Source of the DNA: a virus
Taxonomy: Duplodnaviria > Caudoviricetes
IMG/VR virus record: IMGVR_UViG_3300044647_001578
Coordinates: 8,016-72,015 of that record
Direction: 5' to 3' (one strand)
DNA length: 64,000 nucleotides
Below, one piece after another: positions 8,374 through 16,213 of this stretch (position 1 is the stretch's first letter; every line of letters begins with the position of its first letter). Position numbers and translations under genes: made by a program. The notes under the pieces were generated by a model, which made no database searches, was not told the origin of the DNA, and saw only the letters and a list, made by a program, of their open reading frames with translations.

Positions 8374-8674
8374 GCTTTTCCTTTATTCTTTTCCACACAT
8401 CTTTTGTCTTATGGGCATTTCTTACTTTATCATGAGATCCAGAGTTTAAGTAAACCCCTCCCCAAATTCCGTAATCGCTATTGGCAACACCGCTGTCATA
8501 GCATAGCTTTATAACTGGGCAGGAGAGACAGGCCTCGTCAATGCTCTTTGCTATGTTTACATCAGCTTCATACTTATCAAAAAATAGATTTGTATCCATA
8601 CCAAGGCACAAGGCCAGTTTGTACCAATCTAAATTATCTTCATCTACATTTAAACTATTTAAAATATTTGACAT
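8363..8674 (-). CDS. whiB: WhiB-family Fe-S transcription factor
   Basis: W..ALC, FF, CLSCPVIKLC, YGIWGG; start refined to MSNILN. Confidence 0.9.
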   Translation of the reverse strand: MSNILNSLNVDEDNLDWYKLALCLGMDTNLFFDKYEADVNIAKSIDEACLSCPVIKLCYDSGVANSDYGIWGGVYLNSGSHDKVRNAHKTKDVWKRIKEKHVY

Positions 8675-8888
8675 ATCGTTTTGGCAGTTCCCAGATTCCT
8701 TCACGGCTGACAGAAATCTTTTCTGCCTTACCCCAAGCATCTTTCCTATACATACCTTTTACGTCAGTATAGCCGCCACTATCTTTTTTCCAAATTACAA
8801 GATCATAATTATTCCAAAATGATTCCTGTAACTTTGTGCGAGATCTTTTAATAAAAATCTCAACACCTTTCTCCGTTAGATGTAACAA
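8655..8888 (-). CDS. hypothetical protein
   Basis: ORF immediately downstream of tRNA-Leu. Confidence 0.65.
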   Translation of the reverse strand: MLHLTEKGVEIFIKRSRTKLQESFWNNYDLVIWKKDSGGYTDVKGMYRKDAWGKAEKISVSREGIWELPKRYVKYFK

Positions 8889-8908
8889 ATTACTTTTACC
8901 TTTTCTAG

Positions 8909-8990
8909 TACCCGAAGTCGGACTTGAACCGACATGCTATGAAGCAACAAATTTTAAGTCTGTCGTGTATACCGATTCCACCATTCGGGC
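8909..8990 (-). tRNA. tRNA-Leu(TAA)
   Basis: GCCCGAA/TTCGGGT acceptor, ACAGA-CTTAAAA-TTTGT anticodon arm, long variable arm, GGTTCAAGTCC; no encoded CCA. Confidence 0.9.
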
Positions 8991-8995
8991 ATGTG

Positions 8996-9068
8996 CTGGT
9001 CCACCAGGTCTCGATCCTGGGACATCCAAATTAACAGTTTGGCGCTCTACCAACTGAGCTATGGACCA
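8996..9068 (-). tRNA. tRNA-Asn(GTT)
   Basis: TGGTCCA/TGGACCA acceptor, CCAAA-CTGTTAA-TTTGG arm; atypical T-loop ATCGAGA. Confidence 0.88.
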
Positions 9069-9095
9069 TCATGCACAAAACCGTTGTACTCTGTA

Positions 9096-9125
9096 AGTAT
9101 ACACGAGAAACAGCGGCTTTGTCAA
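9096..9125 (-). promoter_or_regulatory. promoter of tRNA-Asn/Leu/whiB operon
   Basis: TTGACA-N18-TATACT. Confidence 0.6.
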
Positions 9126-9128
9126 CGA

Positions 9129-9272
9129 CTATTTAGTTATTATTTTAACGATATTAACTTTTTTAATTTCGTCATCTATATTAAAAATATCATGAATATA
9201 TTCACTTGCATCTTCTTGATTAAAGGCTTCTACTTCAACCTCTACATCTAATTTAATGCGGTATTTATTCAT
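9129..9272 (-). CDS. hypothetical protein (47 aa)
   Basis: MNKYRIKLDVEVEVEAFNQEDASEYIHDIF...; TATAAT-N6-ATG. Confidence 0.65.
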   Translation of the reverse strand: MNKYRIKLDVEVEVEAFNQEDASEYIHDIFNIDDEIKKVNIVKIITK

Positions 9273-9287
9273 AGTACAATTATATCA

Positions 9288-9578
9288 TTACTTAGCAGAT
9301 TTTTTATCTACTGCTGAAAATGCTGCATTGATTTCGGCTACTGTTAATTTACCATCATCTAAGAATCCACGAGCAAGTTTTTCAACTACTGTAGCAACTC
9401 CTAGGGTTCCAGCCAATATAATAGCCTTATATGTTTCAATACCAACTACTGCTCCAGCTCCAATTACGGACAATCCTGATGCTGCAAATACTGCAATTAT
9501 TCGCATAAAAATATTGTTAATGCTTGCAATTGCTCCTGATCCTACCTGTGTTGGCTCTTCAATATATGCTTTTGCCAT
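9288..9578 (-). CDS. small membrane protein (holin-like)
   Basis: Two hydrophobic helices, DDGKLT tail; GAGG SD. Confidence 0.6.
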   Translation of the reverse strand: MAKAYIEEPTQVGSGAIASINNIFMRIIAVFAASGLSVIGAGAVVGIETYKAIILAGTLGVATVVEKLARGFLDDGKLTVAEINAAFSAVDKKSAK

Positions 9579-9579
9579 T

Positions 9580-9762
9580 TTATTCCTCGTTTCTATTTCT
9601 GATCGGACTTGTAATTATCCAAAGAGCAGTTGTAGCCATGATTCCATAACCAACAATTGTCTTTGCACTTCCGTCCAGAACTACCCAAGCAATAAACATA
9701 CCAAGAAGGGTCCATGCTTGGTCTACCATATCTTTTAGGATATTCTTTATTATTCTTACCAT
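9580..9762 (-). CDS. small two-TM membrane protein
   Basis: WTLLGMFIAWVVL and IVGYGIMATTALWII helices. Confidence 0.7.
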   Translation of the reverse strand: MVRIIKNILKDMVDQAWTLLGMFIAWVVLDGSAKTIVGYGIMATTALWIITSPIRNRNEE

Positions 9763-12437
9763 TTTCTTCTGCCTCCTTGACCTGGTGAATTAGCTCCTGA
9801 GCCTCCACCAGAACTTCCTCCGCCTCCTGTGCCACCTCCAGTGGCTCCTCCTGTGGCAACTGCTGCTGCATTAATTGCCGCACCTGCTGCTACAACTGTT
9901 GCTACAACCATTTCTGTTGCCTCTTCTCTTTCTTCATCTGACATATCTGCGCCTATATTGCTTAGTGCCTGAATAGCCGCTCCAGGGTCTGAAAATGCTG
10001 TTGATAATAACTCTGCAGGATTTTCAAGCAATACCAAAGATGCTGCTACCTCTGCCGTAATAACAACTTCATTTCCGTTTTCATCCTGTCTTACTTCAAC
10101 TGGAGTAGATGCAGGCAAATCTTTATATTCAATTCCAGCTTCTTGTATCTGCTCTTTAGTTAAAGATTCTCCAGGAGCAATAGACTCTACAAGAGCGTCC
10201 GCAATCAATTCTTTTTCTGCATTAGTTAATTTTCCGTCTTCAGATAAAGCATCTGCAAGGCCTTGAACTTCTTCTGCAGTTACTTCACCATCACTTGCTA
10301 ATTCATTTAAAATGTCTTCTGCTTCCTCTGCATCTATTTTGCCATCAGACAATGCGTCATCAACAGATTCTTCTACTGCTTCTTCTGATCCCGCCTCTGG
10401 TTCTTCTGCAGGTGGCTCTTCTGCAGGTGGCTCTTCTGCAGGTGGTTCTTCTGCAGGTGGTTCTTCAGCAGGTGGCTCTTCTGCAGGTGGTTCTTCTGCA
10501 GGTGGTTCTTCAGCAGGTGGTTCTTCAGCAGGTGGTTCTTCAGCAGGTGGCTCTTCTGCAGGTGGTTCTTCAGCAGGTGGTTCTTCAGCAGGTGGTTCTT
10601 CTGCAGGTGGTTCTTCAGCAGGTGGTTCTTCAGCAGGTGGTTCTTCAGCAGGTGGTTCTTCAGCAGGTGGTTCTTCTGCAGGTGGTTCTTCAGCAGGTGG
10701 TTCTTCTGCAGGTGGTTCTTCTGCAGGTGGTTCAGGAGCTGGTGCAGGTGGAGTAGGGTCTGGTTCAGGAGCTGGTGCAGGTTCAGGTGCAGGTGGAGTA
10801 GGAGATGGTTCAGGAGCTGGTGCAGGTGCAGGTGGAGTAGGGGCTGGTTCAGGTGCAGGTGCAGGAACTGCATCAATTACTGTTTGTGCTACTGCTAATA
10901 TTGTAGGTGCGGTAGTTACTTTTTCTACGGCTGTAGAAACAATTGCAAGGTCTGCCACCTTTTCAGTCAATGTTGTACTTGCTGCTGATAACGCCGTTAC
11001 AGTATTTTGTGAAACAGTTGCAATTGGTGCAATAACTGTATTTGTATTTGCTGTATTTGTTGCAACAATAGCAGTAACTGCTGAGTTTAATGTAGCAATT
11101 TGTGCATTTGCTGTATCGATTGCTGCCAAGACTGTTGCATTGTCTGGATCAGGGGTGGGAGTAAATGCAGCGCCTTGACTAATTGTTCCAGTAAATCCCG
11201 TAGTAGTACTTGTATTACTAATATTTGTTACGGGACCATTTGTAGTCTCTCTTACATTAAACCTAGCACCATTTGGTATTGGTCCAGTCACGCTTACATC
11301 TGCTTGCCATGCCCCATCTGCTGGATTAACATCGGCATTAAATCTAACTTGAGTCATTTGTGTCTCTGCTGTTTGCAAGGGATAAACTCTAAGATCCCAA
11401 GCAACGCTAAGGGTGTTTGTAGTTGTTGAATATGTAATTCCAGATCCATTACTCCAGGTGGTCCAGTCATACCCTGCTATAGAAATCGAAGGTGCATTTG
11501 GAGTAGAATAATAGTTTGCACCTTCATTTACACCAAAGGTAATAGTGGCATTGGACCCGACGTAAACATTATTGTATGTGACTCCGCCCATTTGTAAATT
11601 AAATGGAAGGTTCATTCGAACACCAGCGTCATCTACATTAGATAAAACATTTGTGGTAGTGCCAATAGTTGCCGCTAGAGCATTGACTGCATCTTGAGCG
11701 TTATTAATTGCTACGTTTGCTTGAGTTAATTGTGTTTGAGCCTCTGTCCGTGCAGGTGTTACTGCTGCCACTGCCGTAGTTGCTGTAGCAACTGTTGTAG
11801 TAGCCGTATCTACTGCTGTCTGTGCTGATTGAACTAAAACTGTGGCTGTCTCTGATTGGGCAACTTCTGTTGCAATTGCTGTAGCTACTTGTGCAACTGT
11901 GGTTGGTGTTTCTGTCATTAATGGGGTTGCTGTTGATATTACTGTGGCTACCGCAGAATCTACGGTAGTAACGGCTTGCGTTACTACTGCTTGTGCCGCT
12001 ATAACCTCTGGTGTTTGAGTTGTAGCGCTTACTGGGATTGCTGCTACGGCTTCTGTAACGGATGCTACCGTTGAAGTAATTGTTTGAACAACTGCTGTTG
12101 CTGTTTCTACGGCTGAGGATACATTTGATACTTCTGCTACCGCAGCCGTCGCTGCTGCTACCGCTGTATTTGCTGCTGATACAGCAGTGTTAGACGCTGT
12201 TACTGATTCAACCGCAGTGGCTATAGTCACTGTTGCTGTATCAGATGCAGCTGCGGCTTGTGCAACTTCTGTGGTTGCGGTTGCAATGGCTGTGTTTACT
12301 GCCTGCTGTGCAGGGCTTACCACAACTTGTTCTGCAGGAGCAGGAGGCTCATTAGCATTAGCAAAGTTAGGACTAAAAAGGAAAAGCCAGCCGATTATAA
12401 AAAGGCTGGTTAAAAAATACTTTAGCTTTCTAGTCAA
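9756..12437 (-). CDS. large secreted/anchored surface protein with NIDO-like domain and Pro-Glu stalk
   Basis: Signal peptide, A/T/V helical region, VDDAG...LPF...YNNVYVGSNATITFG (NIDO-like), PPAEE repeats, hydrophobic C-terminal segment, Gly-rich RRKW end. Confidence 0.75.
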   Translation of the reverse strand: MTRKLKYFLTSLFIIGWLFLFSPNFANANEPPAPAEQVVVSPAQQAVNTAIATATTEVAQAAAASDTATVTIATAVESVTASNTAVSAANTAVAAATAAVAEVSNVSSAVETATAVVQTITSTVASVTEAVAAIPVSATTQTPEVIAAQAVVTQAVTTVDSAVATVISTATPLMTETPTTVAQVATAIATEVAQSETATVLVQSAQTAVDTATTTVATATTAVAAVTPARTEAQTQLTQANVAINNAQDAVNALAATIGTTTNVLSNVDDAGVRMNLPFNLQMGGVTYNNVYVGSNATITFGVNEGANYYSTPNAPSISIAGYDWTTWSNGSGITYSTTTNTLSVAWDLRVYPLQTAETQMTQVRFNADVNPADGAWQADVSVTGPIPNGARFNVRETTNGPVTNISNTSTTTGFTGTISQGAAFTPTPDPDNATVLAAIDTANAQIATLNSAVTAIVATNTANTNTVIAPIATVSQNTVTALSAASTTLTEKVADLAIVSTAVEKVTTAPTILAVAQTVIDAVPAPAPEPAPTPPAPAPAPEPSPTPPAPEPAPAPEPDPTPPAPAPEPPAEEPPAEEPPAEEPPAEEPPAEEPPAEEPPAEEPPAEEPPAEEPPAEEPPAEEPPAEEPPAEEPPAEEPPAEEPPAEEPPAEEPPAEEPPAEEPPAEEPPAEEPPAEEPEAGSEEAVEESVDDALSDGKIDAEEAEDILNELASDGEVTAEEVQGLADALSEDGKLTNAEKELIADALVESIAPGESLTKEQIQEAGIEYKDLPASTPVEVRQDENGNEVVITAEVAASLVLLENPAELLSTAFSDPGAAIQALSNIGADMSDEEREEATEMVVATVVAAGAAINAAAVATGGATGGGTGGGGSSGGGSGANSPGQGGRRKW
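10401..10730 (-). repeat. 22 x 15-bp coding tandem repeat (PPAEE)
   Basis: Unit (t/c)tcttc(t/a)gcaggtgg on plus strand, varying only at synonymous positions. Confidence 0.95.
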
Positions 12438-12495
12438 CTAGGTGTCTCCTAAGTAATGCAATATCTTTGCTTACTTAATAATTATACCACTTTAA

Positions 12496-12684
12496 CTATT
12501 TAGGATTATCTGTTTTATAAAAACCATTACCTTTAAACTGTATACCAAATGGAGTAAAGTGTCTAGTCATTTCTGACTCACATTCAACACATGTATAGCC
12601 TGGGTCTTCATCCATAATTGATCTATGAGTTGACATTGTTGGGTGTGCATCATCATATGAGCACTTGTATTCGTATACTGGCAT
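12496..12684 (-). CDS. FmdB-like Zn-ribbon regulatory protein
   Basis: MPVYEYKC...H...CVEC...IQFKGNGFYKTD. Confidence 0.85.
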   Translation of the reverse strand: MPVYEYKCSYDDAHPTMSTHRSIMDEDPGYTCVECESEMTRHFTPFGIQFKGNGFYKTDNPK

Positions 12685-12705
12685 TACCTATCCTTTAATT
12701 ATAGT

Positions 12706-12785
12706 GAGCAGTTTCGGGACATACTCAGGTCCATCCTGCGGGTAACGGCCCGCTATCTGCGACTTCCCAGTTACGGGTTGCAGAT
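12706..12785 (-). ncRNA. candidate structured RNA (two hairpins with possible kissing loops plus H-type pseudoknot)
   Basis: AUCUGC/GCAGAU, GCGGG/CCCGC, GGAC/GUCC stems; GUAAC:GUUAC and GAGUA:UGCUC loop pairings; TATAAT at 12790-12795. Confidence 0.6.
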
Positions 12786-12797
12786 TTCTATTATACC

Positions 12798-13214
12798 TTA
12801 CTTGATTTTAATTTCTTTAGGCTTTTTTTCTTCTGGAACAATGCGATCCACATTAATATGTAGCATGCCGTCTTTTAGCTCTGCACCAGATACTTCCATG
12901 TATTCACCTAGGGCAAAAGATCTGACGAACTTTCTACCAGCAATACCCTTGTGAACAATTTCTGCATCTGTAACTTCTACAATTTCACCCTTAATAATAA
13001 GTGTTCCATTGTCTACCGAAACATTAATATCTTCCTTGGTAAAACCTGCAATAGCAAGCGAAAGCCTGTATGTGTCTTCATCTAATTTAAGAAGATCATA
13101 CGGAGGATATGATTGAGAGTTGATTTTGTGTGCAGTATTTAGACGGGCTAGGTCCCTGTTAAAGCCAATAAAAAAAGGATCATTAAATAAATCCATTGCG
13201 AATTGTGTTACCAT
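12798..13214 (-). CDS. small heat shock protein (Hsp20/IbpA family)
   Basis: YPPYDL, LAIAGF, HKGIAGRKFVRSF, LKDGML, PEEKKPKEIKI. Confidence 0.95.
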   Translation of the reverse strand: MVTQFAMDLFNDPFFIGFNRDLARLNTAHKINSQSYPPYDLLKLDEDTYRLSLAIAGFTKEDINVSVDNGTLIIKGEIVEVTDAEIVHKGIAGRKFVRSFALGEYMEVSGAELKDGMLHINVDRIVPEEKKPKEIKIK

Positions 13215-13282
13215 GTTATTCCCCTTTCAAGCGAATAAATTAATATACGGACCCTCTATTGAGCAGTCCGTATATTATTATA
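13215..13282 (-). promoter_or_regulatory. hsp20 promoter and ROSE-like RNA thermometer 5' UTR
   Basis: TGCTATAAT, 11-bp hairpin, then UUAUUC-G-CUU GAAA GGG-GAAUAA hairpin masking the SD. Confidence 0.65.
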
Positions 13283-13302
13283 GCAAAATATTTATATCTT
13301 GT

Positions 13303-13707
13303 CTATTTCTTCTTAGCCCTTACCTTAGCAAGTGCTTCAAAGTCCTTTACCTTAGTATCCCCTAGGTATCCCCAGGCATATCCATCGGCAATCATTTGTT
13401 CATTGACTGATACCTTAGATCCATCTAGGAATATCCATCCAAGGATGCGCCCGTATTTTTCTGATGAGTCCATCTTCTCTGTCTTAATGACAACATCTTT
13501 AGCGTCTTTAATCTTAGACTTTAAATACTCTTTAGATTCAAGCCCCAAAACCTTTTCAGCTTTATCTCTTGTTCTACTTTCTGGAGTATCAATTCCAGCC
13601 AGCCTAACTCTTGAATTAAACGATATGTCAAAACCTAGATCAATCTCTACGTCTATTGTATCTCCGTCTACTACGTTAGTTACTTTCTTAACATGGTATT
13701 CGTACAT
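13303..13707 (-). CDS. thermonuclease (SNase family)
   Basis: VVDGDT, RVRLAGIDTPE, KYGRILG, VNEQMIADGYA. Confidence 0.92.
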   Translation of the reverse strand: MYEYHVKKVTNVVDGDTIDVEIDLGFDISFNSRVRLAGIDTPESRTRDKAEKVLGLESKEYLKSKIKDAKDVVIKTEKMDSSEKYGRILGWIFLDGSKVSVNEQMIADGYAWGYLGDTKVKDFEALAKVRAKKK

Positions 13708-14309
13708 TACTTCTTCTTTACTGCCGCCTTCTTTACAGGAGCCGCCTTCTTAACTGGTGCAGCTGGCGCTGCAACCTTCTTAGCAACAGGCTTACCAAAT
13801 GTTGGTCTTCCAAATCCTACAATTCCTACGATCTGACTTCTACGAAGCTTTGATCCGTTCTTCTTCTTATAAGCACGATTCTTTAGGCAACATTCTCCGC
13901 CATTTCTTTGATCGCCTTTCTTATCTGCAGATGTATTTCCTTCTACAACATCTACTGTGCCGTCTGCATTTACTGCAGCAACAATTCCTACGTGAGAAAT
14001 TCTGTCTACGCCATCTGATGGGAAATCAAAATAGGCAATATCTCCAACTTCTGGTGTTGCTACTTCTGCCATCTGCCAGGCTCCTGCTTTAATGAATGCT
14101 TGCGCTCCTGCTGGTGTGTATACAGTGTTAGGAACTTTTACTCCTGCTTGATCTGCACACCACATAACGAATGATCCGCACCATGGTTGAAAGTTTGCTT
14201 TTGCAAACTTACCATACTTTGTTTCATTGTCTTTTGGTCCTTCAATAGTTCCAACTTCTGCTAGTGCTACTTCCACTAGTCTTGCTGCTGATCCTTGTTC
14301 TGCTGCCAT
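13707..14309 (-). CDS. CHAP-domain endolysin with Lys/Ala-rich tail
   Basis: PWCGSFVMWC, SHVGIV, VEGNT; PVKKAA tail. Confidence 0.85.
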   Translation of the reverse strand: MAAEQGSAARLVEVALAEVGTIEGPKDNETKYGKFAKANFQPWCGSFVMWCADQAGVKVPNTVYTPAGAQAFIKAGAWQMAEVATPEVGDIAYFDFPSDGVDRISHVGIVAAVNADGTVDVVEGNTSADKKGDQRNGGECCLKNRAYKKKNGSKLRRSQIVGIVGFGRPTFGKPVAKKVAAPAAPVKKAAPVKKAAVKKK

Positions 14310-14367
14310 TTTATTTCTCCTAATCTATTTGTATTAAAATATACTGATCCTAGTATACCAAAAAAAA

Positions 14368-15114
14368 TTAAAACCTGTTGTAAACATGAGACAGCACCTT
14401 GTCATAGTGCTCTTGCCTCATATGATCATTTAAAAAGTTATTAAGATTATCTTTAGGCTGCATCCAGGACTCGATCATATCTGTCCCAAGAATTTCCCTA
14501 ATATTTATAGGTTCTGGGAGTCCTCTTTCGGCACACTGTATTTTTAATTCTTCAACAAAATTTAAATACTGCTCGTGCCTTTCTTCAAATTCAAAGTCGG
14601 GATCCAGCTCTGGAAACCTCCAGCTACTTGTCACAATTGTTATAAATTGGGGGACTGGCTCCATAAAAACAACTGTACATTTATCAAAATGTTTTATGAC
14701 ATTATCTATATACGTTGAAACAACTTCCTTCGCTCCAACATAATTTTTTAATTTTTTATTTGGAAGATGATTTCTGCAGTCTATATATCCAAGCCAAGGT
14801 ATAAAAATATTACCCTCTGCGTTCCATTTTTCTAATATAGGTTTTTGGGTACCGCTTGCAAAGTTTAAAAAATCATAGCTATATGCGGATCTACCAGAGT
14901 GACCAGAGATTAATATCTTTGAAGTGTCATCTTCATATCCTATTAAAACATCTTTCATAAATACAGTAAAACCATTTTCATCTGGGGCTTTGGTTTCATA
15001 GTGTGAGTTAGAATGAATTTCCGTACCCGACTCTACATTGCTTGAGAACCAGGCCTTAGAAGAATACCCTAGTCTTGTTGCGTGAGAATCACCTAGTATT
15101 AATATATTTTTCAT
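14368..15114 (-). CDS. SGNH-hydrolase-like hypothetical protein
   Basis: ILILGDSHA N-terminal motif, LGYID, C-terminal DH. Confidence 0.5.
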   Translation of the reverse strand: MKNILILGDSHATRLGYSSKAWFSSNVESGTEIHSNSHYETKAPDENGFTVFMKDVLIGYEDDTSKILISGHSGRSAYSYDFLNFASGTQKPILEKWNAEGNIFIPWLGYIDCRNHLPNKKLKNYVGAKEVVSTYIDNVIKHFDKCTVVFMEPVPQFITIVTSSWRFPELDPDFEFEERHEQYLNFVEELKIQCAERGLPEPINIREILGTDMIESWMQPKDNLNNFLNDHMRQEHYDKVLSHVYNRF

Positions 15115-15139
15115 TATACTCCATTATACTGTTATTTAA

Positions 15140-15694
15140 TTAGCTTGAAGGCTTAAAGTCTACAAGAAATTCTTTTGGGGCAAACCCTGAGCTTAGAGTG
15201 TACCTTTCTTTACCGCTAAGCATAGTTACATGATGCTTGTATTTGCTGTAAAATATAAACAGCTTCCCAGCTGTCGGGCTGAAGGTTATGTCCAAGTCAT
15301 CAAACACTAAGTCTCCACCTTCAAACCCTTCATTTAAATACAATAAATATACTACTGCATCTTCGGGGTCAAAGTGTGATCCCATTTCACTGCCTGGCAT
15401 CATTTTTGATGCAAGAATATTTGGGAAGTGGGAGTATGTATTTTTATCTACACCTACTTTACCCATAAAATCATATACTAATGGGTGAACTTTATCTTTT
15501 ACCAACTGCTTTAGATACATCTGGTCCTCGGATATTAATTCATCTGAGTGGAAGTCTATTTTCATTGTTAGTTGAGTCCTGTGGTTTACAGACAAAAACT
15601 TTTCATCAAGATTGTTAAAACAATCAAAGACTTTTTTAAAATTAATGTCGTCTTTGATGTCGCAAATAGCTACATGCTCGTGTATAAAATTCAT
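15140..15694 (-). CDS. 2OG-Fe(II) oxygenase (prolyl-hydroxylase-like)
   Basis: HFD, YLNEGFEGGDL, H, R motifs; start refined to MNFIHE (TATACT-N7-ATG; the longer ORF overlaps tRNA-Lys). Confidence 0.85.
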   Translation of the reverse strand: MNFIHEHVAICDIKDDINFKKVFDCFNNLDEKFLSVNHRTQLTMKIDFHSDELISEDQMYLKQLVKDKVHPLVYDFMGKVGVDKNTYSHFPNILASKMMPGSEMGSHFDPEDAVVYLLYLNEGFEGGDLVFDDLDITFSPTAGKLFIFYSKYKHHVTMLSGKERYTLSSGFAPKEFLVDFKPSS

Positions 15695-15733
15695 AAATAC
15701 CAGTATACCATTTTCTTTAATTTTTATAAACAG

Positions 15734-15806
15734 TGTCCCCAGATGGTATCGAACCATCGACCCGCAGATTAAAAGTCTGCTGCTCTACCAGCTGAGCTAT
15801 AGGAAC
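15734..15806 (-). tRNA. tRNA-Lys(TTT)
   Basis: GCAGA-CTTTTAA-TCTGC arm, GGTTCGATACC. Confidence 0.92.
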
Positions 15807-15807
15807 G

Positions 15808-15879
15808 TACCCCTGGCTGGGATCGAACCAGCGACCTACAGATTAGAAGTCTGTTGCTCTTCCGCTGAGCTACAAAGGT
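15808..15879 (-). tRNA. tRNA-Arg(TCT)
   Basis: ACAGA-CTTCTAA-TCTGT arm, GGTTCGATCCC. Confidence 0.92.
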
Positions 15880-15880
15880 G

Positions 15881-15954
15881 TGCGGCAGGTAGGACTTGAA
15901 CCTACGATTACCGAATTATGAGTTCGGGGCTTTAACCAACTAAGCTACTGCCGC
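15881..15954 (-). tRNA. tRNA with CAT anticodon (elongator Met or lysidine-modified Ile2)
   Basis: GCGGCAG/CTGCCGC paired 1:72, CCGAA-CTCATAA-TTCGG; lacks initiator features. Confidence 0.9.
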
Positions 15955-15963
15955 TTAGTTAGT

Positions 15964-15993
15964 ATTGTATCTAATTGTATTATTTTTTGTCAA
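15964..15993 (-). promoter_or_regulatory. tRNA cluster promoter
   Basis: TTGACA-N18-TACAAT. Confidence 0.6.
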
Positions 15994-16213
15994 TAGTATT
16001 TTCTACTATTTGCTGCACGTACTCTGAAAAATGTTTTCTTATGCTGCCCATTGGCCTTGAGCCAAAAGAATCCCATAGCCTTTGATATTCTATTATATTT
16101 TGTAATGTTGTTGGACATACAATCAGCCCATTATATGTCTTCATTACGGTTGGCAAAGGCACATGTTTTGTGCAGCATTTGCACTGCTTTGCTAGTTCTT
16201 GATATTCACTCAT
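15980..16213 (-). CDS. hypothetical Cys-containing protein
   Basis: CKCC...CPT; ATGA overlap with terL. Confidence 0.7.
   Translation of the reverse strand: MSEYQELAKQCKCCTKHVPLPTVMKTYNGLIVCPTTLQNIIEYQRLWDSFGSRPMGSIRKHFSEYVQQIVENTIDKK

Noticed and set aside
10401-10730. Possible CRISPR-like or non-coding repeat array
   Set aside because: Head-to-tail 15-mers with no spacers, in frame, with only synonymous variation: a coding PPAEE repeat
12706-12735. Hammerhead ribozyme (CUGAGUA...CGAAAC)
   Set aside because: Core should be CUGANGA-stem II-GAAA; the spacing does not fit and there is no stem II, while a pseudoknot explains the sequence
15695-15757. N-terminal extension of the 15140..15757 ORF
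   Set aside because: Overlaps tRNA-Lys; a leaderless start at 15694 fits better
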